Assembly: GCA_043739185.1 (NCBI GenBank)
Contig: JAYUEN010000156.1
Span: 1-17,505 of the forward strand
Direction of reading: 5' to 3'
Origin: Bdellovibrionales bacterium
Lineage (GTDB): Bacteria > Bdellovibrionota > Bdellovibrionia > Bdellovibrionales > JAMPXM01
Length of the DNA: 17,505 nt
Made by a program: the position numbers and the translations under genes. The notes below the pieces were generated by a model. The model made no database searches. It was not told where the DNA came from and saw only the letters and a program-made list of their open reading frames with translations. Positions 1 to 7,049 of the stretch are shown one piece after another (positions within the stretch are counted from its first letter, which is position 1; each line of letters begins with the position of its first letter).

Positions 1-2363
1 CCAATAGGCGAAAACCATCTAAAGCCAAAGCCTACGTCTGATCGCATATTCTCAAGCTCAACTATATCTTCGGCTTGTCCGACATCGTAAAACAAGACAC
101 CCTTAATTCCGGCCTCGGTCACGAGCGGAAACTCCATCTCGGCTTGATAGAACAACTCTTGCACACCGCCATAAGGTTGGCTTGCATTTAAGGCCGCCTG
201 CGCTGGTGAATAACCACTGATCAAATATTTATTGTACAGATCCTGCGAATAGACCTTGCGAGCAATTGAGTATGGGTCGAAACCACGAAGCGAATAAGGT
301 CCACCAAGTCGAAAGAGTTCATTGAATGGAACGGCATCGCTCGCAGCATTTGGCGAGATCGTTCCGTATGTTAAATTATTTCTCCAGGTCATATCCCAGA
401 AAATCTTTTTATAGAAACGGGCAATCGCCGTTCCCTTCGTATACTTTTTAGAGCCGCCAAGTCCGGCATACTCAATTGAAGTATTGGCATAAAATCCATT
501 GGTCGGAATAAACCTATCATTTCGCTTGTCATATTCGAGCGTAAAAGCCGTTGAAGAGGTACTACCATTTGCCGAAGTATTATAAAGATCTTTATTGTAA
601 TTTAAGTTGGGAGTCCCGTCGCCATTGTATTCAGGCGGCAAAGTAATAGTGGTATAGTCATATTTATAACGAACAAAACCGCGCAAATAGGGCGCCAGAG
701 GATGACCCATCGTAAGTGCGGCACCCTTTTTGTTTTCATAATACACAATGACATCGCGACCACTCAAATAAGCGTCAACTCCAACTGACCACAAAGTATC
801 GTAGAAATAAGGCTCAGTGAAATTCAAATTATAAACCTGGTTGAGACTGGACACATCAATCGCAATCCCGAGCTTTTGACCGCGTCCAAACAAATTAATT
901 TGATCGACTTTGCCGTTAAAAATAAAATTAGAATAGGTCGAATATCCCGCACCCACCTGAATCGTGCCTGTATTGCGCTCTTTAATTACGATGTCGATAT
1001 CCATCAAATCAGCGCCCTCAGACGGAGTGCTCGAGTTGAAATTCACTTCCTCAAAGTAACCGAGGCGTTTGACATTGTCATAAGATTCACGTTTTCGAGT
1101 CTCATTGTAGAGCTCGCCTTCACGAATTTGCAGCTCTCTACGAACCACCTTGTCACGGGTACGGTTATTACCAACCACATTAATTTTATGAAAATAAACT
1201 TTATTACCCTTATCAATTTCAAAAGTAATATCAACTTCGTGATCTTTTTCACGCAGACGATTTCTCGGAATAATATTGGCGTAAGCGTAACCCAAATCAC
1301 CGTACTTTGCGGTCAAAGCTCGCAAATCTTTGAGCATGGTTTCGTGAACATACCAGCCAGAGTTGGTTATTTCGATGGCCTTAAAAAGTTCGTCGCGATC
1401 AAAAAGTAAGTCGCCTGCGAAATCAACGCTGCCAACTTTGAAGCGCACTCCTTCATCAATTCGAATTGTAATATAAATGCCTTTTTTGTCTGGAGTCACA
1501 TACACTTGTGGCCGATCGACCTTCACCTGCAGATAGCCCTCATTGAAATAGGCATATTGCAGAACTTGTACGTCGTGATCGAATTTATCCTGCTTATAAG
1601 ACCCACTGCCTGAAACAAAACTAAAAAAACCGCCCTCTTGAGTTTCCATGACGCTTTTGAGTTTTCCGTCAGTGAGATTCTTATTACCCAAAAAGGTGAC
1701 TCGTTTTACTTTTACTTTTTCATTTTCTTGAACTTCAAAAGTAAGTTTGACGCTCTCACCTTCTTTTACAGCAGTAATTTTAGGAGAGATCTTAGCTAAG
1801 AAAAAACCTTTTTCTTCGTAAGCCTTTGTCATTTTCTCAACTGCTTCACGAATTTTAGTCATATTTAAAATTTCAAATGGCTTAATTCCAGTGGCTTCCT
1901 TTAGCTCATCTTGTTCGATTTCATTATTACCAACATACGCGATTTCAACGACTGAAGGTTTTTCAACAACGATATAAGTCAGATCAATTCCACCATCAAC
2001 CTTGATGCGATCCACTTGAATATCGTAAAAATAACCAGTCTTAAATAAGGCTTCAACATCTTGGCGAATCTTAACAGCGTCAAAAGACTCATTCTCACGA
2101 CTCGAAAGCTTAGTCGTAATGGCATCAATCTCAATCTTTCGATTACCCTTAATATGAATCTTTACGATCTTTGGCTCATCTGATTTGACGCCTTCAGCCG
2201 CAGGTTTATCAATTTTTTTTAGATCGAGACGTGTATGTTTCTTTATTACTTTTCGGATAGGAAGTTTCTTTAACGTAGGCGCGCTTATGCCCTGAGCCCC
2301 AGCCGCTGTGAACGCAAGCGTGATCAGGAGCAAGTTCATAATTTTAAAGGCATTTTTCAGCAA
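1..2363 (-). CDS. bamA: Outer membrane protein assembly factor BamA (3' end truncated by window edge)
   Basis: Segments translated by hand in one frame. TTG start at 2363 with AGGA about 7 nt upstream and an in-frame TAG at 2373-2375 (alternative ATG at 2339). Signal peptide, then POTRA1 (KIVKIHIKGNRKIEIDAI...DVEALFKTGYFYDI), loop-6 motif FRLGGPYSLRGF, and C-terminal DVGFGFRWFSPIG at the edge. The ORF track lacks it because the stop lies outside the window. Confidence 0.96.
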   Translation of the reverse strand, partial: MLKNAFKIMNLLLITLAFTAAGAQGISAPTLKKLPIRKVIKKHTRLDLKKIDKPAAEGVKSDEPKIVKIHIKGNRKIEIDAITTKLSSRENESFDAVKIRQDVEALFKTGYFYDIQVDRIKVDGGIDLTYIVVEKPSVVEIAYVGNNEIEQDELKEATGIKPFEILNMTKIREAVEKMTKAYEEKGFFLAKISPKITAVKEGESVKLTFEVQENEKVKVKRVTFLGNKNLTDGKLKSVMETQEGGFFSFVSGSGSYKQDKFDHDVQVLQYAYFNEGYLQVKVDRPQVYVTPDKKGIYITIRIDEGVRFKVGSVDFAGDLLFDRDELFKAIEITNSGWYVHETMLKDLRALTAKYGDLGYAYANIIPRNRLREKDHEVDITFEIDKGNKVYFHKINVVGNNRTRDKVVRRELQIREGELYNETRKRESYDNVKRLGYFEEVNFNSSTPSEGADLMDIDIVIKERNTGTIQVGAGYSTYSNFIFNGKVDQINLFGRGQKLGIAIDVSSLNQVYNLNFTEPYFYDTLWSVGVDAYLSGRDVIVYYENKKGAALTMGHPLAPYLRGFVRYKYDYTTITLPPEYNGDGTPNLNYNKDLYNTSANGSTSSTAFTLEYDKRNDRFIPTNGFYANTSIEYAGLGGSKKYTKGTAIARFYKKIFWDMTWRNNLTYGTISPNAASDAVPFNELFRLGGPYSLRGFDPYSIARKVYSQDLYNKYLISGYSPAQAALNASQPYGGVQELFYQAEMEFPLVTEAGIKGVLFYDVGQAEDIVELENMRSDVGFGFRWFSPI

Positions 2364-2438
2364 AATGAGTTCCTATAATTAAGTTAACTTAACTCTCATA
2401 AAACAAAAAAGACTAGCCTGCAAAGACTATCCTTGTCT

Positions 2439-2467
2439 AGCCTACTTTTTGAAAGCCAATGTTGCAA
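2439..2467 (-). promoter_or_regulatory. Putative sigma70-type promoter for bamA
   Basis: Minus strand reads TTGCAA-N17-TAGGCT, about 75 nt upstream of the bamA start. Confidence 0.55.
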
Positions 2468-2484
2468 AGTTAGGCAGTTAAAGG

Positions 2485-2548
2485 CTTGAAAAATTGAGTC
2501 TGAGTATCGCCTTTTGAAGGTTGAGCTTTTGGCGATTCATTTTTCAAG
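2485..2548. repeat. Imperfect inverted repeat / stem-loop upstream of the transposase
   Basis: CTTGAAAAA (2485-2493) pairs with TTTTTCAAG (2540-2548); inner ATCGCC (2506-2511) pairs with GGCGAT (2531-2536). Confidence 0.45.
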
Positions 2549-2706
2549 GCTTCAGCAAAAAGCGCGCATGATGTCCTCAGAAACTAACAAAGTCGTGCTG
2601 TTAGCACACCTAAACAAGGATCATTTCTCGGATTTACTAGAATCGGCCAGTCGGAAGCTCGGGATGGGTGGGACTTAAGGCATCTGGTCATTTTGCCAAA
2701 AATTTC

Positions 2707-2735
2707 TTGACCTTTGAACCTTCGATCACCAAACT
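2707..2735 (+). promoter_or_regulatory. Putative sigma70-type promoter for the transposase (near-leaderless)
   Basis: TTGACC-N17-CAAACT, 9 nt before ATG 2745; no Shine-Dalgarno visible. Confidence 0.4.
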
Positions 2736-2744
2736 TATCAAACA

Positions 2745-3272
2745 ATGAAAGATCCACAAACTAAATTTTTAAAAGATCAGCCGAAAGCTTATGGCGGCGA
2801 CTTGCTTAATAAAAGAAAAGCTCGCCAGGGACCGAGGCCGCTCGTCACCAAACATACAATGCATCTCACGATGCGCTCGACCCAAGCCGTGGGAGAATGG
2901 TCGTTCGCGCGCCAAGAGAATCGCAAGAAAATCTCAAAAATTGTTTCGAAATTCTCGAATAAGTACGGCGTGAAAGTTCTGTCGATGGCAAATGTCGGCA
3001 ATCATTTACACTTTCAGATTAAATTATCGAATCGCTTCACCTATAAAAAATTTATCAGAGCGATCAGTTCGGCAATCGTGATGGCGATTACAAAAGTAAG
3101 TCGCAAGAAAAAGCTCGAGAAACATTTTTGGAATTATCGGCCCTTCACCAGAGTCATTGCAAGCTTTCGAGAATTTTTGAATTTGAAGGATTATATTAGG
3201 ATCAATCAACTTGAGGGCTATGGCTGGGCACGGGCCTCGGCAATTGATATAATTAAAAATAGCTCGGGTTAA
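2745..3272 (+). CDS. Y1 HUH tyrosine transposase (IS200/IS605 TnpA / RAYT-like)
   Basis: 175 aa and basic. N-terminal HLTMR strand, HUH motif N86-H87-L88-H89, FW..RPFTR segment and catalytic-tyrosine helix Y150-IRINQ match the Y1 transposase layout. Confidence 0.85.
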   Translation: MKDPQTKFLKDQPKAYGGDLLNKRKARQGPRPLVTKHTMHLTMRSTQAVGEWSFARQENRKKISKIVSKFSNKYGVKVLSMANVGNHLHFQIKLSNRFTYKKFIRAISSAIVMAITKVSRKKKLEKHFWNYRPFTRVIASFREFLNLKDYIRINQLEGYGWARASAIDIIKNSSG

Positions 3273-3385
3273 GACAAATCAGGCCCATCGGCGGTCGACA
3301 CTGTGATAATTTGAAAATTGCCACACTCTCTTCTCAAACGCCCACCCCAAAACGCCAACGGTCCTCATCCTAAACTAAAGCAAAG

Positions 3386-4060
3386 CTACGCCCAAAGCCC
3401 GTCACGCATACTTAAGATGCGCGGAAATTTTTTAGCAAATACGGGATCGTGGGTAACAACTATTAAGGTAAGCCCTAGGCGTTCTTTTAGATCAAAAAAC
3501 AAACTTTGGATTTTTTCGGCATTCTGGGTATCGAGATTTCCCGTAGGTTCATCGGCAAATAAGACTTCGGGTTTTCGTACTAAGGCTCTTGCAATTGCCA
3601 GACGCTGTTGTTCACCGCCGCTCATTTCGGATGGGTAGTGATCGGCGCGGTCTAAGAGACCCAAAAAATCAAGCAAACTATGGGCTCGTCTGCGGCTTTC
3701 TTTTATCGACATTCCTGATATCCGACAGGGCATCATGACATTTTCAATTGCGGTGAACTCTGCTAGAAGATGATGAAATTGAAAAACAAAGCCCATACTT
3801 TCATTGCGAAATTGCGCCAACTCATGATCACTTTTCTTGGTCAAATCGACGCCTTTGAATAAAACTTTTCCGAGACTTGGTTGATCAAGAGTGCCTAGAA
3901 TATGAAGAAGCGTACTCTTGCCTGCGCCAGATGAGCCCATTATACAGACCGCCTCACCGCGATTAATTTTAAGATCAATACCTCTTAAAACCTCAAGACG
4001 AGAAGTTCCCATTGGATAGGTTTTCGTTACACATTGCGATTCAAGTATTAACTCACTCAT
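3386..4060 (-). CDS. lolD: Lipoprotein-releasing ABC transporter ATP-binding protein LolD
   Basis: Walker A GSSGAGKST, GFVFQFHHLL, signature MSGGEQQR, ADEPTGNLD, VVTHD. Start moved to ATG 4060 (MSELIL), which overlaps the permease stop (ATGAGTGA) and has GAGGGG upstream. Confidence 0.93.
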   Translation of the reverse strand: MSELILESQCVTKTYPMGTSRLEVLRGIDLKINRGEAVCIMGSSGAGKSTLLHILGTLDQPSLGKVLFKGVDLTKKSDHELAQFRNESMGFVFQFHHLLAEFTAIENVMMPCRISGMSIKESRRRAHSLLDFLGLLDRADHYPSEMSGGEQQRLAIARALVRKPEVLFADEPTGNLDTQNAEKIQSLFFDLKERLGLTLIVVTHDPVFAKKFPRILSMRDGLWA

Positions 4061-5327
4061 AACGAAGCCCCTCAACTGGCTTGAGCTTTGCTCCTCTAAA
4101 GGCTGGAGCCAAACTCGAAACCAAACAAATCAATACTGCACTTCCTATGATGGCAGCCATATCTATAAAACGAATATCCACACCAATATTGTCTAGTCGA
4201 TAAACATCCCCAGGCAAAATAACGAAAAACTTCTGAGCCACGACAAATAGCAAACAAAGCAAAAGCCCAAGCGCAACTCCAAAAACAATACCGATAAGGC
4301 CAAGAAGCAAACCATGAAATGAAAAAAGTTTTTGTATATCACGGGAGGAAAAGCCAATGGCCTTAAAGATACTTATTTCACGATACTTCTGAAGAACGCT
4401 CACATAAAGATTGCTGCTGATGTTAAAGCTAGCCGCCAAAACCATAACTAAGAGCACAAAAAATATGGTGATGCGCTCAATACCTATTGCCTCAAAAAGG
4501 TTTTTATTTACATCTTTCCAACTCATAGTCCAATAGGTAGAACCCAAGCCTTCAGACAAGGCCTGCGCCACTTCGCTCGCTTTTTTTTCATTTTTCAAGC
4601 GCAGTCTAATTCCTGAAAAATTATCTCCGACTCCGGCAAAATTTTGTGCGGATTTTAAATCCGTTACAATATAGCGCTCGTCATACTCATTCTTTCCTAA
4701 ATCCAAAATGCCCGCGACTTTAAAGCTGCGAACCTTTGGGGAGAAATCCGTCGTACTTTGCTTACTCGGCGAAGGCAGAACGATTTTGAATTCATCTCCA
4801 ACTTTCAGTGAAAATTTCTTCGCAATGCCTTTTCCAATCAGGGCTTTGATACCGCCGTCACTCGAATTAAAATCAAATTTACCTTGAATAATCCGTGAGC
4901 GAATATTTAAGACAGATTCGACACTGTCTAGCTCAAGTCCTTGAACCACGACTCCCGTAATTCGCTTATCGTAAGCCAGTACGCCATCGAATTGATAAAA
5001 AGGTGTATAGGCGACAATTGAAGGCGCAATTTTTTTCATTTTGGCCGCAACTTCTTCAAGCGTTTGCGGATGATCAGTCTGTCTCACCACCAGGACATGG
5101 CCAAAAACATCAATCACGGCCTGCTTTAAAGTATTTTCAAAACCACTTGTCACGGCCATTGCGACGACCAGACAAGCCACCCCCAAGGTCATCCCCACCA
5201 AAGACATGACCGAAACCAAACTAAGAAGTCTGCGCCCTGAGGCCACCAATCGTTTCACGATCCAAAAATGAAAACCCAAAATTTGAATTTGATTGATCAT
5301 GCGAGATTCAATTGAAGCTTTTTTCAT
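4053..5327 (-). CDS. Lipoprotein-releasing ABC transporter permease, LolC/E (LolF-like) family
   Basis: N-terminal TM helix LGVACLVVAMAVTSGFE, periplasmic domain, C-terminal FtsX-like TMs ending PAFRGAKLKPVEGLRYE; coupled to lolD. Start could be 5300. Confidence 0.9.
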   Translation of the reverse strand: MKKASIESRMINQIQILGFHFWIVKRLVASGRRLLSLVSVMSLVGMTLGVACLVVAMAVTSGFENTLKQAVIDVFGHVLVVRQTDHPQTLEEVAAKMKKIAPSIVAYTPFYQFDGVLAYDKRITGVVVQGLELDSVESVLNIRSRIIQGKFDFNSSDGGIKALIGKGIAKKFSLKVGDEFKIVLPSPSKQSTTDFSPKVRSFKVAGILDLGKNEYDERYIVTDLKSAQNFAGVGDNFSGIRLRLKNEKKASEVAQALSEGLGSTYWTMSWKDVNKNLFEAIGIERITIFFVLLVMVLAASFNISSNLYVSVLQKYREISIFKAIGFSSRDIQKLFSFHGLLLGLIGIVFGVALGLLLCLLFVVAQKFFVILPGDVYRLDNIGVDIRFIDMAAIIGSAVLICLVSSLAPAFRGAKLKPVEGLRYE

Positions 5328-5328
5328 T

Positions 5329-6460
5329 TTAGATCTTTGCCTGATTCTGACCTGTTGTCATTTTTAAGTAGGCATAAATAAAATCGTCGAGGTGGCCATC
5401 GATCACATCTCGTACTTGAGAGGTTTCTTCTGAGGTGCGATGGTCTTTAACCATTTGATAAGGATGCATCACATACGAGCGTATTTGCGAACCCCATTCA
5501 TTGTCTTTTTTGGTCGAATTCATTACGTCCTTCAAGCGGTTTCGCTCTTCAACTTCTCGCTCGTAAAGTGCGGCCTTTAACATTTTGATGGCCTTGTCAC
5601 GATTGGCGTGTTGCGATCTCTGATTTTGGCACTGAACAACAATCCCGGTTGGCAAATGGGTCATGCGGACCGCGGAATCTGTTTTATTAACGTGCTGTCC
5701 ACCAGCTCCGCTTGAACGATAAGTATCGACCTTAACTTCTTCCATTTTAATTTCAATATTGATGTCATCGTCTACTTCGGCCCAGGCAAATACGGATGCA
5801 AAGCTTGTATGTCTTCTGGCATTTGAATCAAAGGGAGAAATTCGAACCAAGCGATGCACTCCACTTTCGGCTTTTAAATAGCCGTAAGCGAAAGGCCCTT
5901 CAATTAACAGTGTAACTGATTTTATGCCTGCCTCTTCTCCGTCTGTCATCTCCATGACTTCTGCTTTATATCCGTGGGATTCAGCATACCGAAGGTACAT
6001 TCGCATTAAAATCGAGGCCCAGTCCTGAGACTCTGTTCCGCCTGCGCCAGCATTGATTGAAAGATAGGTGCTATTCGAATCAAGTTCTGCGGCCAGCATT
6101 TTCTTAATTTCAAGTTCATGTACGAGTGTTTCGAGTTTTTTAACTTCTTCTTGAACCTCGCGAAAGCTTGAGTCGTCTTTTTCTTCGACCGCCATTTCAA
6201 GAAGCACAAGGGAGTCTTGCGTGCGAGAACTTAAAGCTTCCCAGGCCTCAATGGCGCGCTCATTTAAGGTCTTTTCCTTATTTATTTTTTGCAGCTCACC
6301 GGGCTTATTCCAGACATCAGGATTCTCAGATGAAAGGATCAGCTCCTGAAGCTTTTTCTTTTTGAGATCAATGTCAAAGGTACCCCCGAAGTTCGGAGGT
6401 TTTAGACGCCAGCTGATTTAATTTTGATTTCACTTCGTATAATTCAGTTTCAATACTCAT
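5329..6460 (-). CDS. prfB: Peptide chain release factor 2, expressed by programmed +1 frameshift (about 376 aa)
   Basis: ATG 6460 gives MSIETELYEVKSKLNQLASKTSELRGYL then TGA. The +1 frame continues DIDLKKKKLQEL... into the 5329-6207 ORF, which has SPF and GGQ motifs. Confidence 0.97.
6373..6387 (-). promoter_or_regulatory. RF2 +1 ribosomal frameshift site
   Basis: Minus strand GGGGG-TAC-CTT-TGA-C: internal SD, 3-nt spacer and CUU UGA C slippery stop. Confidence 0.96.
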
Positions 6461-6563
6461 ATGCAATATTTGTAAGATGCCAAATTCGGCCTGGCAAGTG
6501 AAATACGCGCGTAAGTGAGCCCGGATAGATTGGTATAGATCGGGATAAATGAACTGAAAAAAA

Positions 6564-7049
6564 CTATCTAGATGTCGATGAATTAGGCTTTTTGAGGCTC
6601 TTTAAGTAGGCCTCGAAATAAAAATCTTGGATCTCAAACATCCGGCGCGCTTGTTTTTGACTCTTTTCATGCTCAAAGCCCAGTAAATGAAGCAACCCAT
6701 GAATAAACATATATGCCAGCTCATCACGTAATCTCAAGCTATGCTCCCGAGCCTGGCGCTGAATTACTTGATAACAAAAAACCAGCTCGCCCATACTTGA
6801 ATCCTCAATCGGAGCAAAACTTAAAACATCGGTAGCGTAATTTCGCTTGCGGTGTTTTAAATTAAGTTTACGGCTCGTTGCACGATCGACAAAAGCTATA
6901 GTGAGATTTTTTTTAAGAAGAGTCGCAACCGATTTTTTTGCTAATTTTTTTGAAAGCTTAGGGCGTAGCCAATGGTCTAAATGCAATACATTTCGGCTGC
7001 GAATACTTTTGCCGGTTAAATTCAATATTTCAGTTTTTGATTTCAACAT
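6564..7049 (-). CDS. ybeY: rRNA maturation endoribonuclease YbeY
   Basis: LNLKHRKRNYATDVLSF and HGLLHLLGFEH metal motif. ATG 7049 overlaps the upstream stop (TGATG). Confidence 0.93.
   Translation of the reverse strand: MLKSKTEILNLTGKSIRSRNVLHLDHWLRPKLSKKLAKKSVATLLKKNLTIAFVDRATSRKLNLKHRKRNYATDVLSFAPIEDSSMGELVFCYQVIQRQAREHSLRLRDELAYMFIHGLLHLLGFEHEKSQKQARRMFEIQDFYFEAYLKSLKKPNSSTSR

Noticed and set aside
876..1409. 177-aa plus-strand ORF (and 1043-1300 minus)
   Set aside because: Antisense or out-of-frame shadows of bamA with no recognisable motifs.
2666..3347. Terminal inverted repeats around the transposase (GGGTGGG / CCCACCC plus weak flanks)
   Set aside because: Only 7 bp exact, and Y1 elements do not use terminal inverted repeats.
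3318..3638. 106-aa plus-strand ORF after the transposase, considered as a TnpB or passenger
   Set aside because: Typical antisense shadow of the lolD ABC motifs; no RuvC or zinc-finger features.
5329..6460. prfB as a pseudogene
   Set aside because: The internal stop is the canonical programmed frameshift.
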